Notes: a model not told the origin generated them from the sequence alone. DNA of 37,936 nucleotides from Vulcanimicrobiota bacterium (GCA_963733295.1 CAVTCS010000006.1:1-37936); one strand, 5' to 3'. Shown: positions 28,543 through 36,795, counted from the first letter of the stretch. A program made the numbers and translations.

Positions 28543-29213
28543 CAGAGAAGCCCCAGCATCTCGCCGTATTCCGTCGCTCGTTCGATTCGCCGCTGCAAAG
28601 GCAACGCTGCGAAGTGCAGAATCCAGTCGCCTTTCTCCCAGGCATACTTGCCGGATACCTTGAGCGGCTGGCCCGCTTCGACGTACTCGTGAGCCAAGAT
28701 CGGGCAGAGTTCTTTGACGCTGTAGAACGTGAACAGACTGCTGTAGGGCGGCCAGGAGCCGAAGTATTTGAGCGCTTCCATTTCGTGCCAGTCGTGCGCA
28801 AGGAACAGGCGGCGGCCGGCGTTGTTCGACGCCCAGAAGTAGTCATAGACGAGATCGGTCGAGTGCGCGATGAACACGGTCGAGTGGAAGGTGTTGTGGT
28901 CAAAGCCCATCGTCACGCCCATCGAACGGTACTGCTCGATCTCAATGTCGTAGTTCGTGAACATGGCGTCCGAATCGATCCACATCACGTACTCGTAGCG
29001 CGGCAGGTAGTGCAGCATGAGGTCGAGTTTGATGAACCCTCGGATGCCGATGCGGTGCCCTTGCGGCCAGACGCGATCCTGGTAGTCGCTGCAGTCGAGC
29101 TCGTAGTCGTAGCCATGCCGCTTGGCGTAGTCCTGGTGGGTCTTGCCCGTGCGCTTGACCAGTTCCGACCACGACGGCGGGTAACTGCTGATGACGAGCG
29201 TTTTACTTGGCAC
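28542..29213 (-). CDS. GT34-like glycosyltransferase
   Basis: YAKRHGY, MWIDSDAMFTN, HEMEAL, WEKGDWILHFA; GTG start at 29213. Confidence 0.85.
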   Translation of the reverse strand: MPSKTLVISSYPPSWSELVKRTGKTHQDYAKRHGYDYELDCSDYQDRVWPQGHRIGIRGFIKLDLMLHYLPRYEYVMWIDSDAMFTNYDIEIEQYRSMGVTMGFDHNTFHSTVFIAHSTDLVYDYFWASNNAGRRLFLAHDWHEMEALKYFGSWPPYSSLFTFYSVKELCPILAHEYVEAGQPLKVSGKYAWEKGDWILHFAALPLQRRIERATEYGEMLGLL

Positions 29214-30082
29214 GAGCTGCCTCCCACGCTGTGCGTGCTTCTTGCACCGTCTGACGCGCCATCGCCTGGTAGCGCTCATACGGCTGCTCGCTCGTTTCCC
29301 AATAGTCTCCGGCGTACAGCCCATGCGTCGTCACGCGGTAGTCGACGCCACGAAAGGTATAGCCGCGCGAGTTGAACGTCTTGGGCGTTATGACACAGAT
29401 GAGCTCGGGCCGACGCGCCATATCGTATGCGTCATACGGGCCTCGCACGGCGGCCGCGAGCGCCTGTCCCCCAGCCTCTGTGCCGTACCAGGCGTAACAC
29501 GATGCCAGCGCGTCGGCGTACTCGTAGATCGAGCCCATGACGATCGAGGGACCATCCAGGTTCGCGACGGGCTTGGAGATCGTGTCGGGGAACTTGACGA
29601 GATACTGCTGCCGCCCAGGGAATCGCTCGTTCATCTTTTGGAACGTGTCTTGGATACCTTGCGTGCCGATTGACGAGGAGATGCTGTTGAAGTCGGCTAG
29701 CACCGCTTCTTGCAGGTTCACCTTGTACGGCTGCGGCGTGTAATAAATCTCCGGGGCGAGTGAGTAAGGCGGCATGAGGTTGTGCGCGCGTTCCATCGCC
29801 TCGATGCTGTTCGGCGGGAAGCGGTTGGCAATATCGTAGAACTTGCCCTGGAAGCAGTATCCGGCGTTTGGCTTACGATCACTCACGCCTTTGATGTGCG
29901 GGTTCTTGCCAAAGACGATGTCCTCCGTTTCGGCGTTCCGTGCGCGGTTCTCGTAGTCCACGTACACGTCGAAGCCGAGTTCGGCGAAGCGTCGGGGCAG
30001 CGTGCTGTAGATGAGCCAGTCCCTATAAGCCCGCCAAGAGGTCCCGTCGTAATCACATCTGTTGGGGCATAGCGGATGTCAC
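29203..30082 (-). CDS. GT-B (GT9-like) glycosyltransferase; N-terminus frameshifted
   Basis: Reconstructed GPLGGL(x)GDWLIYSTLPRRF...FGKNPHIKG and YGTEAGGQALAAAV, resembling the GT9 GD, NP and DSG..HLA motifs. Confidence 0.55.
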
Positions 30083-30110
30083 CCCCTCTCGGGTTGGTAT
30101 AAACGTAGCA

Positions 30111-30392
30111 TTAGCTCTCTTTCAGGGCGTCGAGTGCATCTTCGAGAACGGCAAAGCGATCGTCGGGCGAAACGTAGTACCAGCGCTTGCCTTTGACAAA
30201 GCGAATGACCATGCTGTGCGAGCCGGGCAACTTGAACGAGTCAAGTTCAGCAAAGGCGGCTTCGAGTCGCTTGCCAATTCCGCCTACTTCGATCTGCAGC
30301 ATCATATCCTCACGGCAGGCGATGAGGTCGCCGGGAATGCGCCAGGGCGTGCGGATCTCGTGGCTGGACTTGCCCGAGACATTGGACTTCAT
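30111..30392 (-). CDS. Hypothetical protein
   Basis: ORF track. Confidence 0.5.
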   Translation of the reverse strand: MKSNVSGKSSHEIRTPWRIPGDLIACREDMMLQIEVGGIGKRLEAAFAELDSFKLPGSHSMVIRFVKGKRWYYVSPDDRFAVLEDALDALKES

Positions 30393-30462
30393 CCAGCCAA
30401 AGCCAGCGGCAACAGCGTGTCGATGACGTCTGTGACGCGGCGGTGCCCGGTGTCAACGCCAC

Positions 30463-30579
30463 TCACTGCGCTTCTTGGCTCAAGATCGCGCCGCACGCGA
30501 GGCAGTACGTTTCGCCAACGGTGAGGCGGTCGGGGTGCTCGCAGTCCTCATTCACTGCGGCGGACTCGTCGCTCAACAT
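30463..30579 (-). CDS. Small zinc-binding peptide
   Basis: MLSDESAAVNEDCEHPD...YCLACG. Confidence 0.45.
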   Translation of the reverse strand: MLSDESAAVNEDCEHPDRLTVGETYCLACGAILSQEAQ

Positions 30580-31988
30580 GAGCCACTCGTCGGAGCGTAC
30601 GCGCGCAGCCACTTCGCGTACATGTACTGAGGCCACGGATTCGTCTTGCCCGTACTGTTCGGGTCGAGCCACGTTCCTGGCGCTGCGACCTGGAACATCA
30701 GCATGATCTCCTTGTCGGGAGAACCTTGCGTCCAGTCGGGGCCGCCGACGTGCGACGCGATTGGCAAACCGTCGAGGTAGAACGTTTCGGTTCCGGGCTG
30801 AATCAGCAAGCCGTAGTCGTGGTAGGCTGCCTGCGGCGTACCGTTCGGGAAGTTATAGACCCCGGTCGGGGTCGGCCAGAACTGACTCGGGTTCGTATTC
30901 CAAAGGATATTGCCAGCGTTGAGCGCGTTGCCCTCAGTCGCTCCAAACATTTCTTGGATGTCCCACTCGCTACGCTGTAAACCGGCTGGCGGGTTAGCAA
31001 CGCCGCCCGTTTCGAGTATCCACCATGCGGGCGAGAGCGCCGACAAGTACGCTGGCAGACGCAGCTCGGCCACGAAAAAGCCGTATTGCTGATTCACGTT
31101 CACGTCGAGTGCGCCGGAAACGTAGTCCATCCACGCATACGCGCGCAACGAGTAGGCGTTGGCGTTCGAGCTAGGCGTTATGACGGTGCCAGGCGTTCCG
31201 GCGTAGACGTGGATATTCGAGATTGTCCAAGGCGACGATCCGCCCGTGCCGTTACCCGAAGGCGTCGCGCCGCCGCTCGTGAGTGTGCCGATGAACGCCA
31301 CTGATGCGCCAGCGTACCCGACGCCGACCTTCCAGCCGTTCTGCGCGCCGTTGGGCGCGTCGACCGGAACGGTCAGCGAGCTTCCCTCGGTCGGAATCGT
31401 GAAGTTGGCCGTGATGTTGGCGACGGGCCATTGGTTATTCGCGAGGTAACTGAGCGGATAGGGCGACGCGAGTGGCACGGGCTCCGCTGCGATCTGTAGC
31501 GCTTGCCCCAAGCTGCCATCCGCCACGACTGAGAACGGGTTGAAAATCGTCGAGGTCGGCGATTGGAACTGCGTGTCGTACTGGTCAGGCCCCCACGACG
31601 GCGCGAAGCCGGGCCACGATGCGGTCGGGGCATAGGTGCGCGACTGCGTTGCGCCCCACGCGGCCATGTTTAGGCCAGTTGTGGCGAACTCGCCCATCCC
31701 GGCAACCGGCAGAACGTTGTTATCGTAGACGACGTGGTTTATGCACGCCGTTGCAGCGTTGTAGGCGAGTGGCGTTGCGCTCGGAGCCGCAGAAGGCGTT
31801 GGCGAAGGAGTCGGTGCTTGTGTCGGCGTGGATGTAGGCGAGGCGCTCGGCGTAGGTCTCGGCGTGGGGGAAATCGTTGGGGTCGGTCGAGGCGTTGGCG
31901 TTGCGGCTACGGTGCATGAGATGGTCCCTCCCGCGTTGATGACGACTTGCGAACAGTTGACGATTGTGGCGAGGATGAATGGGATCAT
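30573..31988 (-). CDS. GH16 glycoside hydrolase with hydrophobic N-terminus and Pro/Thr linker
   Basis: QQYGFFVAELRLP, PAWWIL, catalytic EWDIQE (ExDxxE), YHDYGL, FYLDG, WPQYMYAKWLRAY. Confidence 0.85.
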   Translation of the reverse strand: MIPFILATIVNCSQVVINAGGTISCTVAATPTPRPTPTISPTPRPTPSASPTSTPTQAPTPSPTPSAAPSATPLAYNAATACINHVVYDNNVLPVAGMGEFATTGLNMAAWGATQSRTYAPTASWPGFAPSWGPDQYDTQFQSPTSTIFNPFSVVADGSLGQALQIAAEPVPLASPYPLSYLANNQWPVANITANFTIPTEGSSLTVPVDAPNGAQNGWKVGVGYAGASVAFIGTLTSGGATPSGNGTGGSSPWTISNIHVYAGTPGTVITPSSNANAYSLRAYAWMDYVSGALDVNVNQQYGFFVAELRLPAYLSALSPAWWILETGGVANPPAGLQRSEWDIQEMFGATEGNALNAGNILWNTNPSQFWPTPTGVYNFPNGTPQAAYHDYGLLIQPGTETFYLDGLPIASHVGGPDWTQGSPDKEIMLMFQVAAPGTWLDPNSTGKTNPWPQYMYAKWLRAYAPTSGSC

Positions 31989-32200
31989 GGCCGTTTGGTT
32001 CTCCGTTTGCGAGCGGCTGTCACCTCGCCGACTTGCGGCGACCGAAGTCCTTGCGCAATCTCAGGCCGCCATTCAGCCCAACCGCTCCATTCGGACTCCT
32101 GGCGCATCGCCGTGGCGTATCGCCGTTCGCGTTGGAGCGTGCTGACCGAGATCGGGTCCTCCTCGTAGCCGAACAGGCGCAAGAAGAAGCGGAGCATCAT
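31985..32200 (-). CDS. Hypothetical protein
   Basis: ATGA-coupled at both ends. Confidence 0.5.
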   Translation of the reverse strand: MMLRFFLRLFGYEEDPISVSTLQRERRYATAMRQESEWSGWAEWRPEIAQGLRSPQVGEVTAARKRRTKRP

Positions 32201-33492
32201 GGTGTCACCCAGCGATCGAGTTCCCCGTTTGCCCAAACCATCTGCTCGAAGCTGAGTCCCTTCGTGGACGGGTGCCCGTTTGTGATGCACTTGGAGCCGA
32301 ATAGGCGGAGAAGAACCGAACGGCGCACGTCGTCTGAGATTCCGCGGTCGGTGCAGATGGCGGCCATGCGGCGGCGTTCCTTGGTCAACGGGTCCTCTTG
32401 CTTCGCGTTAGAACGCGTCTACTTTGGGCCTGTGGCCTCTGGCATAATAATTAGCTTGATTGGCGGCACGGGCACGGTTGCGGGCTTGGGTTTGGGTTTC
32501 GGCTCGGTGTGCGCGGGAAGCGACGAGCCGAATCCGCTGGCGTCTCCTCGGCCGGGTTCAGCCCGACCCCGGCCGCGTCCTCGATGTCCTGAGTGAAGAT
32601 GTCCGAGCAGCCCGTGGCTAGCAAGGTCGCCGCTATGAGTGCCCGCTTGTCGGCCATCTTGAGAATTGTATTATCAAGATCCATAATGGTCGGGTTCGCC
32701 GTTCAGTTGCACCATTTGCGAAGCTGGGTCATTTCATGGATGGTCCCCCGTCTGGCTGAATCACTTTGCGCCGAACAGCCGCATGATGACCGATATGCCG
32801 CACCGGGTACTGGATCCCTCGCTCTTTGCTGATAGCGGGCATACTGCGCCGTTCGCGGGTGCGCTGGTCATTTTGGCTCCGTAGCCACGGGTGGGCTTTG
32901 CGCGCTCCTGGGGCAACGGCGGGGCCGCCTTGACGATTCTCTGCGGAGTCTGATCGAAGTCGCGCGGCATCTCCTCGGCCGGTGTCGCCTCGAAGCCGGC
33001 CAGCATCACGATGAAGCCTAGCCGCTTCGGAGCGCCTTCCCCAAGGCGCGGGTCTGAGCCATCGACGAATCGCCGTTGTGGTGCGTCCGCTCCGAATGAT
33101 TCTAGCGGGTGCATGGGCTTCGGCTGCGGCGATTCCGGCATAGCGTCCTCGTACAGCCGACCATGTAGCCTCCCGATGGCTTCGTCCATCTCGTGAACCC
33201 GGCTTGAACGCGGCGCAAGCTACCGAGCGTCTGCCAGGAGACCACGCCATAGGACTCGGATCGCGCCCGGTTTTCTTGTCCATGATCGTTTTCAAAGAAG
33301 CGGACGATTCTGCCTTCTTGCGTTCGGTAGCCTCGCGAGGTCAACAGCAACGAGCGACATCGACCATCTCTTGGGCGCGTTCCGCTGCCGTTTTGCAACG
33401 AAGGCGTCCACGCGACAGTCGCCTGATTCTTCGCGCACCGCGAGGGGCGCAAACTCCGCATCGAGTGGCTCCTGCTCATCTTTAGCCATCAT
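32197..33492 (-). CDS. Putative recombination / ssDNA-annealing protein locus (heavily frameshifted)
   Basis: Motifs WQTLGSL, LGFIVMLAGFEATPAEEM and NTILKMADKRALIAA..SDIFTQDIED; adjacent to an exonuclease. Confidence 0.5.
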
Positions 33493-34294
33493 GTCACAGC
33501 CCGATCTTTCAAGGAGCCGATATATCGGCGATGCGCGGCGACTTCATCGGCGTCAATAGTCGCTTGCTCTGCCCTCTCCGCAAGCTCGTCAGGCGTCACG
33601 AGCGCATTGCGCGGGCAAATTGCATTGCAGTATTTTTTGCACCGCCAAGTCTCCAAGCCGCCAGTTGCCTCGAATGCCTCACCGCTCCAGCGATACTGCA
33701 CGGGCGGCTCGATTGCCGGCACGAACCCGTCGCACTCAATCGCCTGCAGCGTGGCCGAGCGGGAGTTGAGCGCATCGAGCCATTGGACTGTCTCGAACCA
33801 GAAAGCCACGGGTGGCGCGATCTCGCCGAATGTTACCTTGAACACCCATTCGCAGAACGTATCCGCGCCGATGCGTCCGCGTAGAAGGCCGACTTGAGGA
33901 CGTGCGAGTACTGCGGCTCGACTTTGCCTCGCGTCGTGCGGACGTCGATCACTGCGATGCCGTTGCCGCTTGGCCCGGTTATGTCAAGGTCGAGATGCCC
34001 GACGATGCCTTTGTAGTCGATGACATGGCCGTGCCGCACGACGATGTGCGGGCCGCTTTCCTCGAACTTCTTGACGGCTTTCACGACGTAGTTTTCGACC
34101 ATGTGCCCGGTGAAGAACCGCGCGATCGTGTCCTCGTCAAATGGCAGCCGTGCGTTGCCCTGCAGGCGCAGGTAGGTTGCGTAATCGCAGCCGCCGAGGT
34201 CGCTGCCATGCAGTCGATGCTCGTCACCGCGATCGTCGCCGATGTCTTGGACGAAAGCGGCATAGAGCGAGTCGAGATCGATTGGCGGCTTCAC
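33489..34294 (-). CDS. PD-(D/E)XK / Cas4-like exonuclease (frameshift ~33860-33890)
   Basis: LHGSDLGGC, GHMVE, GHLD, VIDVRT, C-terminal WRCKKYCNAIC Cys cluster. Confidence 0.75.
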
Positions 34295-34452
34295 AGCGTC
34301 GCCTCCAACAGCCGCAGCGCCCGCACAATCTCGTCGCGGTGCGCTTGGGCAAAATCGTAAACGGCCCAGCGTGCGTTTTTTGCTTCTAGCGAATTGTCGT
34401 GCGGGGGCGCCGCAGCCTCGGCCAATCGCGCAAACTCGTCAGCAAGACTCAC
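34291..34452 (-). CDS. Hypothetical protein
   Basis: AAGGAG RBS, GTG start MSLADEFARL. Confidence 0.6.
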   Translation of the reverse strand: MSLADEFARLAEAAAPPHDNSLEAKNARWAVYDFAQAHRDEIVRALRLLEATL

Positions 34453-34849
34453 AGCGTCGTCTCCTTGCGGATGAGGGTGTCGCCGAAACCATCCTTTGGG
34501 CCGATAGCGCGACGGCAGTGAGGACAGGCTGGAACCATAAACCGTTTGCGCCACATACTTGACAGTCTCAGCGCTGCTTTATCGGTTGCGAATCTCTCTT
34601 GATCTTCGGCTAGTTGCCGACGTTCACTGTTTACGCGTGCCCTGCTTTGCGTATAATGCGACAAGAGTTCGTGAACGAGCCACCAGGCCGACGGTTGATA
34701 TGTGCAATCGTTGCAACGCACGATCTCGCCATCGCTTACGAGGGTGACTTTCCGGTGCTGGCAACCCTTGCCGTAGCCATGGGTCCGCTGGGCGCGGGCG
34801 ATCGAGAAGTCGCCGATCTCGATAACGTTACTCACAGCGTCGTCTCCTT
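34447..34849. repeat. Perfect 20-bp direct repeat at gene junctions (34447-34466 and 34830-34849); 15/16 partial copy at 34291-34306
   Basis: actcacagcgtcgtctcctt twice; on the minus strand AAGGAGACGACGCTGTGAGT is RBS plus GTGA stop/start. Confidence 0.85.
34449..34835 (-). CDS. Zinc-binding hypothetical phage protein
   Basis: CQH..CNDC and PACPHC motifs. Confidence 0.7.
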   Translation of the reverse strand: MSNVIEIGDFSIARAQRTHGYGKGCQHRKVTLVSDGEIVRCNDCTYQPSAWWLVHELLSHYTQSRARVNSERRQLAEDQERFATDKAALRLSSMWRKRFMVPACPHCRRAIGPKDGFGDTLIRKETTL

Positions 34850-35014
34850 CGTTCGCGCAAGGTCCGCAACGGCGCGTAGCATGGCGTCAACATCGCCAAT
34901 GTCGGCGATACTCTTACCCCCTGCGAACGGCGCACTCATCGGGGCCGTCAGCGCCGCCAGGTCCTCGTCGCTCGGAGCGGTGACGATGCGCTCCAAAGCC
35001 TCTGTGAACTTCAC
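34832..35014 (-). CDS. Hypothetical protein
   Basis: GTGA-coupled start MKFTEALERIV. Confidence 0.5.
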   Translation of the reverse strand: MKFTEALERIVTAPSDEDLAALTAPMSAPFAGGKSIADIGDVDAMLRAVADLARTKETTL

Positions 35015-35148
35015 AGCCGCACCCCGAGCCATACCAGCGCCAGCAGCACGAGAATGCAGAATATCACCCAACCAGGATTGTCACGCGGCTCGTCGCGCCA
35101 GTCGGGTTTGTGCCTGTACGGCTTGCCCGTGTTCTTTGCTCCAGACAC
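35011..35148 (-). CDS. Small single-TM membrane protein (not in ORF track)
   Basis: MSGAKNTGKPYRHKPDWRDEPRDNPGWVIFCILVLLALVWLGVRL*. Confidence 0.55.
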   Translation of the reverse strand: MSGAKNTGKPYRHKPDWRDEPRDNPGWVIFCILVLLALVWLGVRL

Positions 35149-35382
35149 TTATGCTCTCACCCGAGGCAAGTCTTTGCCCGCGACCATCGCGTTAATCAAC
35201 GCCTCGAAGTGGAAGCGCACGCGGAAAGCGTTTTGCCCCTCGTCGTCCCTGATCCCATACGCAGCGTTGCGCGCGGCGTAGAGCAAGGCAACGAGCTCCA
35301 TCTCCGTCTGGGTCATCCCTTGGGTTGTGTTCTCGATCATTTCTGTGTTAGCGTTTGCTTGGGAGTTTGCGGCGAGGTCCAT
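35149..35382 (-). CDS. Hypothetical protein
   Basis: AAAGGAG RBS before MDLAANSQ. Confidence 0.55.
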   Translation of the reverse strand: MDLAANSQANANTEMIENTTQGMTQTEMELVALLYAARNAAYGIRDDEGQNAFRVRFHFEALINAMVAGKDLPRVRA

Positions 35383-35623
35383 TCGTAGCGCTCCTTTTCC
35401 GAGAGGTCGCCCTGGCTGGGGCGGCCTCTTCTGGCATATACAGTATTTTAACAAGACCCGGAAGCGCTCCAGCTAAGCGGCGGAAGATGACGAGCCGCGG
35501 CTCCATTTCCCCTGTGAGGAAGCGGAAGATCGTTGCCGGCGCGACCCCTGTGTGGTCGGCCAGCGATCGCCCCGAGAAGCCGTGTTCGTCCATTTCCACC
35601 CGTAGCAGTTTCGCGAAGGTCAT
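35348..35623 (-). CDS. XRE/Cro-C1-type HTH transcriptional regulator
   Basis: SGRSLADHTGVAPATIFRFLTGEMEP..IFRRLA. Confidence 0.85.
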   Translation of the reverse strand: MTFAKLLRVEMDEHGFSGRSLADHTGVAPATIFRFLTGEMEPRLVIFRRLAGALPGLVKILYMPEEAAPARATSRKRSATNGPRRKLPSKR

Positions 35624-35629
35624 GCGTTT

Positions 35630-35658
35630 ATGGTAGCACAGCCGTTACGTAAACGCAA
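35630..35658 (-). promoter_or_regulatory. sigma70-type promoter, probably giving a leaderless mRNA for the HTH gene
   Basis: TTGCGT-17 bp-TACCAT with TGn extension; ATG 6 nt after the -10 box. Confidence 0.6.
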
Positions 35659-35737
35659 GACACACAAACGCCCCGGGGGTGCATCCGAGGCGTCGTGTTT
35701 CCTCTCTTGCAGAGAAACCTGGCCGACCCGGCCCGGG

Positions 35738-35857
35738 TTAGGGCGCGAGCCGTTGTCCTTCTTCGCTGCGTTCGTACGCGCCGTCGTCCACGGCTTCCTC
35801 GCAGTCCGGGCACAGGAAGCAGCGGGAGGTGATCTCGCCACAGGCTGCACAGTTCAT
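35738..35857 (-). CDS. 39-aa zinc-finger peptide (not in ORF track)
   Basis: AGGAGG RBS; MNCAACGEITSRCFLCPDCEEAVDDG... Confidence 0.6.
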   Translation of the reverse strand: MNCAACGEITSRCFLCPDCEEAVDDGAYERSEEGQRLAP

Positions 35858-36177
35858 GGGACCTCCTGGTTTCATGGCTTGTACGCCTTCGCTACGGCCT
35901 GCACGATGATTTCCTTAAGCAAGGTCAACTCAGCCTTAACCTGCAGAGATTTGTCCCGTAAAACTTGGTCGCGTTGCGTTTCGAGTAACCCCAGCGCCCT
36001 CTCGCGAACAGGCCCTTGAATCTCAGGCTGAATGTTCACGTTCGGCATCAAGCAGTTGATAATTTCCTCCGCGCCCTCCATGGAAAACGCCTTTCCTCGA
36101 ATGGCCGCGATAACTTGGCGGGCATTGTCCTCAAAATCACCGCGGCTCATTTACTCGCCACAGACTGCACAGTTCAT
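35834..36177. repeat. 24-bp direct repeat (35834-35857 and 36154-36177, 1 mismatch)
   Basis: ctcgccacagRctgcacagttcat twice; encodes MNCA(A/V)CGE on the minus strand. Confidence 0.85.
35872..36150 (-). CDS. Hypothetical protein
   Basis: ORF track, 92 aa. Confidence 0.6.
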   Translation of the reverse strand: MSRGDFEDNARQVIAAIRGKAFSMEGAEEIINCLMPNVNIQPEIQGPVRERALGLLETQRDQVLRDKSLQVKAELTLLKEIIVQAVAKAYKP

Positions 36178-36290
36178 CCGCCTGCCACTCCCGTGAGAGT
36201 AGGCGCAACCGCCAGAGCCAGACCGATCGCGAAGATGATCAGCGCGCCAAGACCGATTGCCGTCGCGGCAGTGATGAGGTAGGTTGTCAT
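36174..36290 (-). CDS. Small membrane peptide
   Basis: GGAGG RBS; MTTYLITAATAIGLGALIIFAIGLALAVAP. Confidence 0.6.
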   Translation of the reverse strand: MTTYLITAATAIGLGALIIFAIGLALAVAPTLTGVAGG

Positions 36291-36445
36291 GCCGCTGCCT
36301 CCGCGTTCAATTGGTCGGCGCGCTTTTGAGCAGCTGCGTAGGTCGCATGGGTCGAGCAAATCCAGCCACCCTTGGTGTCGCGCACCGCGGCAATCCGCTG
36401 CGCCTTCGGGTTTGGGTTGGATTCGACTTGATAGCGGTTCGTCAT
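36287..36445 (-). CDS. 52-aa first early gene (not in ORF track)
   Basis: AAAGGA RBS; MTNRYQVESNPNPKAQRIAAVRDTKGGWICSTHATYAAAQKRADQLNAEAAA*. Confidence 0.65.
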   Translation of the reverse strand: MTNRYQVESNPNPKAQRIAAVRDTKGGWICSTHATYAAAQKRADQLNAEAAA

Positions 36446-36480
36446 ATTGGGTTCCTTTGCAAGAGAGTTGGTGTACGTTT

Positions 36481-36508
36481 ATGATAGCACAACGAACCGT
36501 GTTGTCAA
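36481..36508 (-). promoter_or_regulatory. Strong leftward sigma70-type promoter
   Basis: TTGACA-16 bp-TATCAT with extended -10 TG. Confidence 0.75.
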
Positions 36509-36665
36509 TGGGGTTTTGGGCCCCATTGTCGCGTTTTCGTCTGTGCTGTGCGTGACGTCACCGGCCGATCGGCTCGACCCAGAGTAAGGGGGGCTCGGTC
36601 GAAAACGCATCCTAGGGCTCGCATTCAATCGACAGAGAGCCCAAAATCCCTCTAAGCTGGCGGGA

Positions 36666-36694
36666 TTGACCTTTCCGACACCCGAGCGTACACT
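36666..36694 (+). promoter_or_regulatory. Rightward sigma70-type promoter
   Basis: TTGACC-17 bp-TACACT. Confidence 0.7.
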
Positions 36695-36795
36695 TTCTTG
36701 GATCCCTCCGGAAAAGCGAAACGCGCCGAGGACCGACTCCCGACGCGCTTCAGTTCCGAGAGGAAGCCCCTGTCTACTCCCCAGGAGCCGCCTTC

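Noticed and set aside
24158..30082. DNA hypermodification or restriction-evading DNA methylases
   Set aside because: The methyltransferases lack DPPY/NPPY or PCQ motifs and no base-hydroxylating enzyme is visible; less likely, though not excluded
33489..34294. CRISPR-Cas system (Cas4-like gene)
   Set aside because: No repeat-spacer array or other cas genes; solo Cas4-like exonucleases are common in phage recombination modules
36520..36700. tRNA or tmRNA gene
   Set aside because: Hairpins are present but no cloverleaf, T-loop consensus or CCA end is recognisable
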